Assembly: GCF_000143415.4 (NCBI RefSeq)
Contig: NW_003314396.1
Location: forward strand, 38,895-102,894
Direction of reading: 5' to 3'
From: Selaginella moellendorffii
Lineage: Eukaryota; Plantae; Lycopodiophyta
DNA: 64,000 nt
Both the position numbers and the translations under genes were made by a program. This document shows, in pieces, positions 35,129 through 49,239 of the stretch (the stretch's first letter is position 1; every line of letters begins with the position of its first letter). The notes beneath the pieces are model-generated. The model was not told the DNA's origin. It saw only the letters and a list, made by a program, of their open reading frames with translations, and made no database searches.

Positions 35129-35475
35129 CCCACACGCTATAAAGTTTACCTGTACCAAAAATAGAAACAGCTTTATTTACTTGGGAATTTAAGTGGTTGA
35201 GGCATTTTTAAACTTACAAACACATGCCCTACTTACATTCCTTTGGTTGCTTAAAATTCAAAAATATTATAAACCTTTCTTTTTGCATTTTCAATGTTTT
35301 CAATTATGGTTTTTGATTTTCGTAGGACCAGCCTAGTAATCTATTTGCATCCCGTCATGTTTATAGCTAGCTTTCGTTTGTCCCCTTCGCTAGCCTGAGA
35401 TACATCTGCTCGACATCTGCCTCTTACAGCATTTGCCCAGAAAGGGCATCTTTCTTCACGCAGCATTTGCCACAT

Positions 35476-35502
35476 GTTTAGGGTTTAGGGTTTAGGGTTT
35501 AG
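35476..35502 (+). repeat. Telomeric repeat (TTTAGGG)n in copy B
   Basis: GTTTAGGGTTTAGGGTTTAGGGTTTAG. Confidence 0.9.
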
Positions 35503-37100
35503 CAATTCAGTAGCTTGATAAACATGCAAATACAGAACTTGATGCAAAATCCTTTGATATGTCACAATGCCCCTAGGACCATAAACACATTTCAATAGAG
35601 AGGGTCCTTTCATTTCAGAACTCCTTACATAGATCTTGGTGAAACCAGAGTTAGTGAAGTTAGTTTCTTGTGATCCTGGATCTGATTGTGATGTCCCTTT
35701 GCAGTGTCGATGGAAAGGTCAATGCACACCAAATTGTAAAATCTTGGAGCAAAATAACGGTCGGATCTATGGCAAATGCCCCTAAAACATTGTAAGGCTC
35801 GTGTGGTCTCATGTGGTGTCCGATTGAGATGCTTCTTTGCAGGGTCATCAAGAAAGACATTGTATACCATTCTATAAAATCTAGTTGCGATCTAACGGTT
35901 GGATCTCCAGAAAACACAAAACAATCTCGCACGTGTCAGAATATTCTAGGAATATACTCCTATGTGCCCCTGAAAATGGCATGTGGCCCCACGCCATTCA
36001 AGAGATAATGCCAGATGACGCCGAGCATTTTTTGGTGCATTTTTTGGGATCAAAATTGCATGAGCCCACACGCTTGAACGTCACATCAAATCCTCTGACA
36101 ATTTATTTGGCTGAACATCTGGCATTTTTGGAAATACAAGATGCTTTGGAATATCCAATCATGCATGGTATAAATATAGCGAGGGTATTAAATGATATCC
36201 CAATCATGATCTTTCTTTTGGATTTCGCATGCATGCAGTCTGAGGAATGATGACGTTGCGGATTTCTTTTGGATTTCACATGCATGCATGCGCGCGGCGA
36301 TCCAGAAATTAATGGTGGCGCCCAAGTCCGAGGAATGATGACGTGGCGGGATAACCAACCGTCGTGACATTTCGCACGTGTGAGGTTAGGTTTTGCATTT
36401 TGCTTCGTACTCGCGCTCACACACTCGCGCTCGCATCGCGCTCCCACTCGCGATCACGCTCACATTCGCACTCATCTACCTTCTCTACAGGTTTCTCATG
36501 TGCATCGGCGTCCACTCGCGCTTGCATCACACTCGCGCTCGCATCGCGCTCGTGTGCATCGGCGTCCACTTCAAGACACATCCAGTTTGTAACTTCGCCG
36601 CCAACTCCGCCGCCCACTCCGCCACCCACACGCAGCCCACTTGGCATCCCGGGAGATTTCAGCGCCACTCTCCAACTATAAGTGGCAGAGTAGCCTTGCT
36701 GCTACAATCCGCTGCACACACAGTGCACATTCGCCAGCGAGTCCGGCCTCGATTGTCACGCCTCCATTCGGCTTCAAATGGTAAGTCTTTTAGGCCAAGT
36801 AGAAAATGGCATGAGGCCACATGCCATTCAGTAGCAACATTGGCATGCACCGATTGGGCTCTTGAGTGTAGTCCGGTTACAGATGGCGTGTAGCCTCACG
36901 CCATCTTAGGATGCAGCCTCAAGACATCTGATGCAGTGGTGAATGGCGTGTGGCCTCATGTTATTTCCAGCTGCTAGCTTTTCATCTGTCAGCTCTAATT
37001 GTTGTGCATTTTGGAACATGCGAGGAATTGCATTCTTCTTCCAGCCACTGTCAATGTGGATGTAGAGAAGGGGGAGGAGCTCACCAGTTGGACTTTCGGG

Positions 37101-40100
37101 ATGTAAGGCCAGGATCTGAGGCTGTACAACACAGATGGTGGGAGAAAAGAATGCATGGGGATCCTCATCCAAGTGACAGACACTCCATGCAGTTCCATGC
37201 AAGAATATGGACTGGCACTTGTGGTAGAGACAACGTCTGCCTTCAAGATCCACCTTGCACATCCTAGCGGCTTCCCGGAGGGGGGCAGCGGCTATGAGGA
37301 ATTCCTAGAGGGAGCTAGGGAGAGGTTGTCCAGGAGGCCCACAATTTCAAAGACGCTATGGGTCTATGAAGATCACATGGAATCCACGAACCTCACTTAC
37401 GGCGATGTTCAAAAACTATATTCCAACATTGAGCCGTTGAGAGTGCCTCCAGTTCGCGAAGCGAAGGGGAAGGGGGGTCGATCTGGAAACTACCCCGAAG
37501 CAGAAAAGGGTGGTCAAGCTCAAGCCGACGTCCGACTCTTCTGCTCCAAAAAAGAAGCTACTCGGTGATGCCATTGCCTCGGGTTCGAACACTACACCCA
37601 CCAAAAAGAAGAGCCGCAAAAAGCAGAAAGAGCAAGAAGAGGCAGCAAAAATCTTCGCAGATAATAGTACTTGTTACTATTCCAACAAAGTATATACAAT
37701 CAACGTGAGCCGTATCGACATCCAAAGCAAATACAACCACAGGCTAGTATCTGATGAGTGGGTGGAGAAATTGAAGCAGAAGATGCTGGCAAGTCCAGTA
37801 ACACCCGACATCGCAGACGTGATCCCCTACTACCGAACAATGAAGGGCGAGACAAGGTTTCCAAACTTGATCAATAGGAAGGTGTTGGACGATCAGAACA
37901 TCCGGTTCTATGCCGTCTCCGGGCAGCATTCTAGCTTGGCGATGCAAGAGATAGTTGTGGATATTATGGTGGGCGAGGAGGTGAAGAAAGTCTTCAAGAC
38001 AAGCATTGTCCGCCTGATAAAAGGCAACTCGCCCCTCCGATCTATCATATACATCTCCCACGCACAGAATGTCAAGCAAGAAACGTGCTACAAATCGGGT
38101 CTGCACGAGACATTGGCACGAACACGGAAGCTCTGGGTTCAACTGAAGAAGCCACAAAAACCAGGACAAGGACGTGCACTAGCAACTAGCGCCTGGCAGG
38201 TAAGCCTCGTTGCATGTGGCATAGCATGTGGCCTCACGCCATTTCCATTGCAGGAATTCTCGAGTCTTCTCTCAAAAACACTGGGGGTCAATGACACACT
38301 CAGCATCCATAACATTCTACTCGCGACAAAAGTTGTTTTTGACAAATGGGTAGATGTGCTGAGGAGGTACCATGACGGGGAGTTGCCAAACTCAATGGGT
38401 GTGGAGGACGGCCGGAAGCCCAATGATTTGAAGCTCAACGCCTTGCGTTTCTCGCGGTCTCTAGACGACGACGACCTTCTGACATTGGCTAATGCTCTTC
38501 TACGTGGTGAGGTAGTCTTCAACAAGACCAAAATGACTCCCGGCCATATTGTGACATACGAGGACTTGTGCACGACTCTGAGAGCTCGTGCGCTATTGAA
38601 GGATTGGATCTTCGAGCAAGTGGCCGTGGAGAGGGTGAGCATCGACACCACGCAAGAGATGATGGAAGCGCTGGAGTTGTCAAATGAAGACATCGACGAG
38701 TACGTGAAGGGGGCCCCCAAGTTCATCGATCTGCTGCGGGATGCCACGAAAAGTAAAGCTGAGAAGTTGGATTAGTATCCAAATTTCATTAAGATTGATG
38801 TCGACCGCCGGCTTCAGAAACAGCTCGACCCCGCAGTAGAGGCCTATCGAGAACCTTACCGGGTATACTTGAATTCGGATGAGGATCAAAGGTGGAGGAG
38901 CATCGTTTCCCGCAGAGATGAGCAGGTCAAGAACATCTTTTGTGTGATGGACTTCACAAACGAGGAGATCACTCATGCAGACGAAGTCAGCTCCATCATT
39001 GACTTAATGGTGGGACTTGCGGAGGTGGAATCTTCAGTCCACTATATGATCTACGACTCTGAATCCTATCACAAGTTCTGGAAGGCCTTGAACGAGGTGA
39101 AGGCTCGATTGAAAGGCAAGGAGATGCGGGAGATCCATGAGATAATGGCTAAGAAGAAGATACCGATGAATGTCCACATCTTCACACTCACCCTTGTTAT
39201 TGGTCCTGTAGTAGAGTGGGACTGGAGTGACTTCCCAGCTTCATTCGACAAAGCCGATCGAATTGATCTGAGGGAGGTCAATTTACCCGTGCCTGAGGAA
39301 CTGAAGACGGCTATAGAGCTTTCGAATCCAAAGAAAGCTCCAGGTGCAGCATGGGAAATGCTCAGCTGGGTCTTCAACGCAATAGCGGGTGGGTCACCTG
39401 CTTCCGACTCCAAGGGCAAATGCGTTGTCGAGTACAATTGCGGCGGACTATTCTTTCGAGCCACACTACTCAAGGGTGTCCCGTGTGTTGCGGTGACAAA
39501 CTCCATTGAAGAGGTGACTTCAATGGAGCATATAATTACAGTTGCCAAAGAAAAACAGTATCTTCTCTGCAAACCTGGTGAGTATGCACTTTAAGTTTAA
39601 ATGTTATCTCACAAGCTCTGTATGCAGGAGTGTGGCCACCCCCAGATACTGAAACGGCGTTAACAGCTACTGTTGAAGATACCCATGTTGGGCCGAGCTC
39701 ACAACCTGCACAAGGTAAGGTCATGTGAGGCCTCACGCCATTTTGATTATAGATCGTTGTGAATATTCAGACACAAGGACTGAAAAGCACACTGGTGGCG
39801 CGTCGAAGAAGGACAAACAGACAAGCAATAGGAAAAAAGGAGGTACAAATTATATTTGCAATGGCGTGTGGTCTCATGTCATTCCTTGCAGGAGACACTT
39901 CAGCACGTTGGACAGTTGTCGGGATCAGAGGCTTTTGATTCGAAAAGGAAGAAGGGCAATGAAAAGATGATAAGTAATGCCTCGCGGTTATGGCGTGTGT
40001 GCTCATGCCATTCATTGCAGATCAAGGGCTGAGTGAAAGCAGGCAGTCACCACCTCCTGACTCAGATTCCTATGGCAGACTCCCCTTCCCCAATCTCAAT

Positions 40101-42337
40101 GGAGAGGTACAATGGATGAGGGATGCTTTTCAAGTCAGAGCCACGTTTTTCTCATCTCGCCGTCTTTGAAGGGTGCAAGAACGTGCAGAAACCATGTTAA
40201 GACAGTCGGGTGAGGATACGGTCCTAGGTCACGCACTAAAACAGGCTATGGATGTCTTGTATTTTGAGATGGAGACTCGGCCAGATGATTTTCCCAAGAT
40301 GGTCCTAGAAGAACAAGCCATCCAGCCTGAGCAGCCTATGGAAGAAATGCAGGAGGGGGATGAGGAGCCAGAGAAAGATAATGAGCAGGAAGAGCAGAAG
40401 GACGAAGAGGAGGACAAAGAAGAGGAGGACGAAGAAGAGGAGGACAAAGAGGACTTGGATGGTCCTCACAATGGTGACGATCACAATAACGACGACGACG
40501 ATGATGACGACGATGGCCAACCTGAGGTGGCCAAAGAGCAGCGGAGGAAGGTCATACAAGACAAACCATCAGGTAAATAATAGTACATCCATTCCTAACC
40601 TTTTACCATTTCTAACATTGTCCATGTAGGTCGCAGAGCAAATGGTAAGTAGAGATTATTTAGTTGAATTTACAAACTCTAGCCTTTAGTGTCGAGGAAG
40701 GATAGTCAAGCAAGGGTCGAAACGTATGTCCAATCCTTCAGAATCAGCAGTGCGCCCAAGTGATATCGGTCCTAGTTCCTCAATAGCAGTTGATGGTAAA
40801 TATAGTATAGTCGATTCAATGTGCTAATGAGTTTGTTTTTAGTAGCACGGGAGGATACCATCTCAATCGAAGGGAGATATTTGGACATGTATATGGATCC
40901 GCCAGTGGACTCTACTTGCCTGCAAGAGTCATCAGAGCTGGTGGAGGCTACTATCCATATCAACGCCAAGCAAGCTGACCACACTCCACTTGATGCTGCC
41001 CATACCACTGAGTCAATCTTGTCCACGTATCCAACTGACGGTGACCAGGCGCCATTGGACCCGCATGAGGCCGCCCCAGCAGTCGAGCCGGTCGTATCCT
41101 CATTTCCAACGGACTCAACGTGTGCTCAATCGTCTGACTAAGCGCCGTTGGAACCTCCCTACACTGCCCCTGCTGCCTGTTCGGTCATGTCCACTTTGCC
41201 AACGGAGGCACCAGCTGAAATGGCGTGTGATCACACGCCATCGGAACCACCCCATGCCACTGTTGAGCCAGTTGTACCAGAGTCTACAGCTGAAATGGCA
41301 TGTGCCCACACGCCATCGGATGCGATTGACCCTACATTGCAGAGGAGAGTATTTCCGCCCTTCATGTTTCCTCGACCAAAACCCTCTCAACGACCATCGG
41401 GAGCACCATTCGCTAATATTGTAGATGGTAAAATTGACTTGTACCATTTTTTATGCTGACGCATTTCATTTCAGAGTCACGGCGAAGGTACTGTATCGTT
41501 TTTGATCTGAACGATGTCCTTTTCTCCCATGAGCGTGGCTCGTCCTCGAATGTCACTGCACCCTCCAAAGCCTGCGGTCGCAAGTTGGTCAAAAGAGACA
41601 GATTCACATTAATCACACGGGAGAAACTGCGGGATCTAATAATGACCATGCGACACTTAAAACAGAGGGCTGGGTTCAATTTGCAATTGGGAGTTTGGAC
41701 ATCCATGATGCGCCACAATGCCTTAACGTTGCTACAGATGATGCACGATCAGACGCGAGTAATATTACCATTTGACTTTCTTCTAACGCAGGAGGATTGC
41801 TTGACTATGGTCCATGTGAGGGGTAGCAAGCCCATCTTCGTCAAGCCAGAGGCTGTAGTGATGAACCAGACTGCTAGGTCAAGTGAAATCCTCATCATCG
41901 ATGACTCGCCGATTAAAACTGCAGCGAACACGCACACATATGCAGTGCACCCCATCTCTTGCAGTATGGAAACTAGGGAGAAGAAACCGTATGTTCTGGG
42001 GGACCTTGCAAAACGGCTTGGAGCGATAGTGATAGAGAACCGGCCAGTCCAGGAGGTGGCTGCAGAAATCAACCAAATGGCAGATGGAACGGTATATCAG
42101 AAGCCATTTGATCGGACGGACACCAGTCATCATTTATGGCATGTATATTGTCTAGCCAAGCACTATCCGCATCTCCATAATCTGCTCAACCGGATGGGTT
42201 CTTCGACCACTGAACATGAGTGTGGACGTATTAGAGAAGAGATGGCATTACTATTGGGTTTAAATCCTGATAGTGTGGAGAGTGATGAAATTCCAAGATT
42301 ATTGTATAGGCGTTGGAGGCAAAAAATAACAGTCTGA
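37101..42337 (+). pseudogene. Cargo gene copy B (several stops and frameshifts)
   Basis: ORF pieces 37155-37568, 37510-38775, 38869-39594, 40173-40580, 40821-41459 and 41453-42337 are near-identical to copies A and C. Confidence 0.8.
41453..42337 (+). CDS. FCP1/NIF-like HAD phosphatase exon, copy B
   Basis: Near-identical to 18226-19110 (DLNDVL, IIDDSP). Confidence 0.78.
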   Translation: MLTHFISESRRRYCIVFDLNDVLFSHERGSSSNVTAPSKACGRKLVKRDRFTLITREKLRDLIMTMRHLKQRAGFNLQLGVWTSMMRHNALTLLQMMHDQTRVILPFDFLLTQEDCLTMVHVRGSKPIFVKPEAVVMNQTARSSEILIIDDSPIKTAANTHTYAVHPISCSMETREKKPYVLGDLAKRLGAIVIENRPVQEVAAEINQMADGTVYQKPFDRTDTSHHLWHVYCLAKHYPHLHNLLNRMGSSTTEHECGRIREEMALLLGLNPDSVESDEIPRLLYRRWRQKITV

Positions 42338-42755
42338 GATGGCATGTATTTATTTAAAAATGTAACTTATTATGGCATGGGGTTCCATGCCATTGTATTA
42401 ATATTAAAAGACAATTCTTTGAGAGGATTTGCATTATACTAGAAGTGTTACAGCATGTTATTGAAAGTCTACAAAGTTGTTTTATTAATAAGGGGAAAGT
42501 AAAGATTGAATGGGGACTTGGGCTCCACCTAGACTCGGAGCAACTGAGCCAATATTAAAAGGATGGAAAGAAATTGGACGACAATGACAAGGAGAAGAGA
42601 AAGGTGAAGCAGTGGCAGGGGGAGAAGAAGTGATTGAGTAGACATTTCCTTGTTTAAAATAAAATGGCATGTGCCTCAATGCAGTTGAATTTTGTTATAT
42701 TTATATACTATATAAAGGTTTGGAAACCTTATTTTACAAGTGGGATAATGACAAT

Positions 42756-42779
42756 TCCCACTTTAACGAAATAGAGCTT
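42756..42779 (+). repeat. 24-bp TIR at the cargo-side end
   Basis: TCCCACTTTAACGAAATAGAGCTT. Confidence 0.92.
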
Positions 42780-43519
42780 CTTATAGCTTTTTGCATTACC
42801 ATATGTTCTTTGTGGTTTGGATTGGATTGGTCTCTTGGGTTTGAGACATCAATAGGATATTGCTGATGCTTGCTTGAGCAACTCTGGTTCCTTATCATTA
42901 TTGACCGGGATCTATTCAGATTGGCTCATGTAATAGTTGGCATAAATAAGTGTTTGTTGGTCTTACTGCATTCATTCAGTTCTGTTGATTATTGCTTAAG
43001 TTAGTTCTGGTAGATTGGGATGTTATCTCCTTTGAGTGATACATTCGCGAGTATTTTACTTGCTAGTCAATGATACTTTGTGTTCTTTGAATTCTCTTTC
43101 ATAAATTATTTAGCATACTGTTTGTAATCTTTGATAGTTAAGTTTTATCATTGAGTTTTCTTAATGATAGTTTGGCTATTGAATTTTGTTCGATGGTGAA
43201 TCCTATGTTTTCTAATGATAGTGATCTTGGTGGTTCCTATACTTTAATACTGGTATATCAGATGATAACTTACTTGGAATACTTTTATGTTCTAATATAA
43301 GATTTAATCACTGATAATTAAGTCTCTTCAATATCATTGTCTATGACTTTGATATTGTTCATCTATTTATCTTTGAGTTTGGGCCAGTACAGGCAGACTA
43401 GCTTCGACACTTCGTGTGCATGGTGAAATCTCTAGTCATGAGGTAGCTATTATTAATTAGTCACATCACCCGCCTCTCTGTTGATGTTCCTTATTCCGTT
43501 CAAAGGGTGTGACCGTGTA

Positions 43520-43940
43520 AAGAACTCTCACTACCCTTAATATTGCTGGACCTGTTATCAGTCTCTGCCTAAGCTAGTTGAGAAACTAGTCCTCGCGTGT
43601 GCACTTGACCAAATGAGCATAAGGAAGGAATTCCTAAGTGTCTATTTAGTCAAGCATACTTGACTTAGTTAGAGAAACTCATTCGTTGACTTGCACTTGC
43701 TAGTGTTGGGAACCCCCGCGATATTGAGATTAATCCCTCAATATTTGCTAGATGATATCTTACCATGTCTACCTAACACCCTCGCTATCATGCCTTTTGT
43801 GTTAGTCTCATTTCGGTCCCAAAAGCTATTTATGGAAAGTGTCTAGATTTGCTCATTTGGCATATCTACAGAATGTAAAGATTGCCCTAAACACAATGGT
43901 GTTTGCCCGTATTCAAATTTGCAATTTAGCGCCATTCCAT
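43520..43940 (-). mobile_element. Family C LTR fragment
   Basis: Reverse complement matches ~13445-13890. Confidence 0.75.
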
Positions 43941-46900
43941 TGTGAGACACAAAATCCCTAGGCACCAAAGTGGAGCCGAAAGGGTGCCACGTGGTGGTGG
44001 CCGAAGCGAAAGCCAAACGAACGTAACACATTTGGACTAAAAGTTCCGACTTGAAAGATTGAGAGCGGGAGTGGAACTCCCAACGAAGTGTTCGAGGAAC
44101 AAGCACAAAGCAAGCAATGAGTGAGTCTCTAGAACAGGGACACAAGAGGACCAACACATGACACGTGGCTGAGTCCAAGATAGAGTCTGATATGGACCCA
44201 AAATGGAGTCCGAGATAGATCGAGATGGAGTCCGAGATGGAGTCCAAGATGGACCCGAGATGGAGTCCGAGATGGACTGAGATGGAGTCCGAGATGGAGT
44301 CTGAGATGGACCTAAGACGGAATCCTAGATGGAGTCTGAGAAGGACCCAAAATGGAGTCCAAGGTTGAGACCAAGACCAGGACCGAGACCGAGACCGAGG
44401 CTGAGACCAAGACCGAGGCCGGGACTGAGACCAAGACCGGACCAAGACCGCGACCGGGGCCAAGACTGAGACTGAGATCGGGACCGAGACTGAGATCAAG
44501 GTTGAGTCCAAGACCAAGCCCGAGCCTGAGTCCGAGACCAAGCCTGAGCCCGAGCCCGAGTCTGAATCCGAATCCGAGTCTGAGTCCGAGTCCGAGTTTG
44601 AGAGGGTGAAAGCCCAAAGCGTTTGTCTCCCAGACCCTAGGGGGTTTGGTGAGCTCCAAAAGTATAGTAACAGGGAGGACTGTAGTGGAGCAAGTTTGGC
44701 CTAGAAAGGCTGTACCCAGTGTTGGGTGATGAGCTGCCCACTGGGAAGTCCAAGACTAAAGTGAACACGGACCGACAAGCGGGGTAGTTTAGTGAAGTGT
44801 TCAAGAGCTGGCTCTAGTTCCCCCAGGAGATTGACTGGCCGATGCTCCCAGACCAAGTGTGGGTGGCACTACCTACTTGGATACCTGGTGTGGCTCAATA
44901 GAACCTCCCTCTAAGTCCATGGCTAGAGCACCCAAAGGTAGAAGGTGGGGAGAGTACCCATCAGGCTCGTGTAAGGCCATGGTGTTCTAAAATGTTGTCC
45001 CAAAGTCCCAAACAGTGAAAAGGAAGAGGAGCATTCCTCTAGTGCAGTGACCAAGGATATGGTCACATGGTGAGGAAATCCCAAAGGACAGTGGGACTTA
45101 GAGGTCGGGCCTGTTGGCTTTGATCCAGTGGCAGTGTTGGCAAACACAGCCATGGACAGGAAGGGACTTAGTGGGGACCAAAAAAGAGATATTGGGGAAG
45201 CCTATTCCTCATGTCCGTGGGCATCCTAAGGATGCTAAGGAGTGGATCTGGGATGATCACTCATGGATGGATGGCGCAGTCTTTGAGAGACGGGACTGTG
45301 ATGTAGGTGGTGTCAAGCCACTGGTATGACCAAGGTGAATAGGCATGGCCTTAGTGTAACGGGCTGATATGTTGGTAGTACCTTGGGGTGTCGGTCATGG
45401 GATCGAATATGTGGAGCACTTGGACCAAGTGCAATGGTTGAGTGGCATGGATGCCATTCTTGGGGTTAACAAGTCCCTAAGTCCAAAATAGGACTCATGG
45501 AGGTTGTAAGTGAGACTCCTCCAAGTGGTCGGAGGTGTGGTTAAGTGACTAAAGTAGAATGGAAAATTTAGTCACTTACAACTTGGTATCAGAGTTGTTC
45601 CTTAGTCTGACTTTTATTAGTGCTCAAGTATATCACCACTGGTGTTGGCATCAGAAGGTCCGAGGAGTGGGCCTATCCTTGAGGAGTAGCAGGTCGGGAT
45701 GACAAGACTCTCCATTACAGTTTATGTGTGAACTTGTAGACGAGGTGATGGATAGAAAAGGGCCAATAATAGAACGACTTTGGGATCTTGGGAACAGTGC
45801 AAGGTTTTCCTCATTGAGTTGAGGATGTGATCCAGATAAGCGTTTGACTCAACAAACTAACTAATGTAATTGTGGTAAACAACTATAGTTGGGATCACGT
45901 GAAAGATAGAGACTCCAAAACGATAAAGGAGTCACAAGATTACCCTCATGAAGTTGAGGCTAGTGCTCATGAATTTGAGACCAGAATGAATAACTGTGGG
46001 AGGTTAAATACGGATGAGGACATAAGTCCTTGGAATAGTAGCCGGGCTACCTTGAATAATTGCTGGAACAACCCCAGGAGTTGGGGGTGTGCTTAGAGGA
46101 TGAATCGATATTCTCATTATATGGACGAATAATCCTAACGGGTGAAGGTAGCCCACAATTATCAAAAAATAGTCAAGTGTTGGAATAACACTTATGATGG
46201 TGGTCTTGGTGAGTAGGACATGAATACAAGAAGTTGTATTTTAATGAGCTAACATCTCAAAAGTAAGACCTTATAGGTCAGGGATTAGGAAAGGTCCAAA
46301 AGGTTGAATGACTTAACTGGAGTCAAAAAATGGTCCTAAAGGACTGATGGAAGCTTTTGGACTAACGTGTGTTGTGCCCCGCGATGGATGGGGAGGATTA
46401 TAAGATCCAAGTATGAGAACAATGGGTATCTCATGGGTGGCAGAATGTGCCATACTAAAGTCGTGGGAAAGGTGTTCCCAGAAGAAACAACTTTGGTGCA
46501 GAGTTGTATGCAAATACTATGGTGTAGTGCTAACAAATAGTTGGCATGAGAAACAACTAAGTTGGTCTTGGTAAAGACCTACCTAGACACAAGTGCAAAG
46601 TGTCATAAATGCAAACTCATGGAGCCGATGGTGTGGAGACACCCAAATGGGCCAAGATGTGATACCTTGAGATTATGTTGATGGGTTCATGAGAACCCCT
46701 TGCCAAGGGAATTCTAATGGAAATGGGAATGGCATAGCCTAAGCTGGAAGGTATGTGGTAGAGTGTGGTGACCCAGATAATGATGGAGGTGTGGAAGCAC
46801 TAGCAATGAGTTGTAAAACTTGACAACTATGAGGCAACTAAGCAAGAGGTGTAGGTAATTGGTTAAACAGGTAGAAGGTAGTTATCCAAGACTTTTTAAT

Positions 46901-49180
46901 GGCATAAAGAAGTTAAATATACCCTTATCGAGGATAAATTGCTTATGTTGCGATATAGTAAATTAATGTCGTAAAAGGAAATGTTCATTGTCAAGGTGGC
47001 CATCATTGAGACACGCAAACACTCTAGAACACCAAAAGGTGGTGTTTAGTGTTGCGAGGGCAATAGATAAGGCCCAAGGGACAAAGTCCCTAGCGAATGA
47101 TGGATAGAATGTGCTATCCAAACGTCCAAGGTTGTAAAGACGGGAGAAATCTCTCTACCTGAATTAGACAAAGCCAAAAAGGGATTTTGGCAAGGCTAAT
47201 GATGGGCATATAAAGGCCCATGAGCAGCAATGTTAATCCCGATGTATGGGATTACAAGGTGAGCATACCTAGATTGAGGAACCACTCCCGAGGCTATTGA
47301 GTAGGTTCATCCCTATGAATACTTGCTAAGGCATGGTAGAAAGTGCAAAGCTATCCTCCAGTGCAAAGCAAGTGCAAAGCTATCCTCTAGTGTTTGGGTT
47401 CGAGTCCCAACTCACTAGGGCGAGGTGATAGTTTGGAATATGAGGACACTCATTTTTCGGTGATCATGGACTTTTAGTAAGGAGACTAGCTTGGGCACAC
47501 CGCCAAATGGGGGATGCCTCGAAGTCGTGATACACGGTTAGATTGCTTAGTGTGAAAGCTCGGCATATCTAACTTGAACACTTTGGTGCAAGTGGCACCA
47601 AGGACGTGGTGAATTAGATGAGGATACCCAGTCTTAGTTGCCATGGACCCTTGGCCAGAAAGGCTATCTTGGGTGCACTACCAAGTATGGAGATGTCCTC
47701 GGGGTCATGGTCAACAACTTAAAGGCTTGGAAGACCTAGTACCTATTGACAAACCTGTTAAGTGCCAAGGTTAGATCACTAGGTGGTCTTATGGCTTAAA
47801 CAAGGACAAGGTCCTTGTGAGGTTAAGGGATAAAGTTCCTAGTTTAAGAGTGTTGATTTAAACTATTGATGATGGTGTGGCTTGGACAAGGTGACCAAGT
47901 GGGAAAAACACCTCAGAGAAATGAGTTATATCAATGCGATGGCATAGTAAGTCTGAGGAAAGTAGTCTCTATAAGAGATCCAAGGGAGGGTATCAAAAGT
48001 TGGGCTGTGGATAGAGCCTACAGCAGGAAATGTTAAAGAGACATACTAAGGGTGAACACCCTTTGGACTTGGCAAAGCAAAGTATTTGTTAAAGAACCAA
48101 AAGGATACCTTGAAAATGGGGGTAGCGATCCTATGTTGCTGGGTGCAACAATCAAGGATAGGAGCAAAAGACTAATGGCTAATAAAAGAGCCATGGGAAC
48201 AATGGGAAAGAATCCAAAATGCAAAGTTAAGCCAAGAACACTAATGTGTTGGGGGCTAACGAATTGTGGGAAAGGCAAGATGTTTCCAAGGATGGATTCC
48301 CAATTGCTCCGATTTGGGGAAAGTGGAAGCTCCAAGGGAGAGAGCGGTAAGGTAGCCAAATGATAAGGCCATGGATAGCCCTAGCACAAATTATGATAAC
48401 TGGAACTTAGTGCCTAAGGAATTACGAAATAGAAAAGAGGATGATGATGCCCTCAAGTTGAAAACTTCCTAGGGTGGGGAAGTGGAGTTGCACAATATGT
48501 GCAATGCAAGGTGTCGGAGACACCTAGAAAATTGACTTCAAGAAGTCAAAAGTAAAAGTTCCAAAGTGCAAATGTTATATCGATGGAAACAGAGACTACT
48601 CAAGAAGGAGTTATGGGATTGAGATAGAGACGGTGTTTCTAACAGGTTTAACGAGAACTAAACCAATAAAAGGAGAGAACCACTACAAGTGGTCCAATCA
48701 GTCTCTAAGTTGGAGAGACTATCCTCCTTAGAGGATGGGTAAGGCATGGTGAGCCTTTGGTATCAAACCATTGACGAATATTGGCGGGGTGTCAAGAATG
48801 GGAAGAGTAATACACGTTGGTATTACTTTATAAAATGGTTTATCGTTCGATGAGGACATCAAACTTCGTCTATGGGTGGTGGAATTGTGAGACACAAAAT
48901 CCCTAGGCCTCAAAGTGGAGCTGAAAGGGTGCCACGTGGTAGTGGCTGAAGCGAAAGCCAAACAAACGTAACACATTTGGACTAAAAACTCTGACTTGAA
49001 AGATTGAGAGCGGGAGTGGAACTCCCAATGAAGTGTTTGAGGAACAAGCACAAAGCAAGCAATGAGTGAGTCTCTAGAAAAGGGACACAAGAGGACCAAC
49101 ACATAACATGTGGCTGAGTCTGAGATGTAGTCCAAGATGGACCCGAGATGGATTCCGAGATGGATTGAGATGGAGTCCGA
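43941..49180 (+). mobile_element. Family B non-coding (LARD-like) LTR element
   Basis: 5' LTR at 43941-45580 (TGTGAG...CTTACA), PBS TGGTATCAGAG at ~45584, PPT-like ATGGGTGGTGGAAT, 3' LTR starting at 48886 and truncated. Confidence 0.88.
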
Positions 49181-49239
49181 AACTTGACTTAATACCCAAT
49201 ACCTATTTGTGGGTGATAGGCTGTGCTGAATTTCAACTT

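Larger units (their letters stand above)
35129..42779 (+). mobile_element. Sola1-like transposon copy B (cargo half with TIR)
   Basis: Reverse complement of 17869-25448; ends in the TIR at 42756-42779. Confidence 0.9.

Noticed and set aside
42780-43500. T-rich strand-biased segment, possibly a decayed coding or LINE relic
   Set aside because: No ORF or motif to support an identity.
45443-45458. TGGCATGGATGCCA hairpin in family B LTRs resembling the 22-bp motif
   Set aside because: Shorter arms and a 2-nt spacer; probably coincidental.
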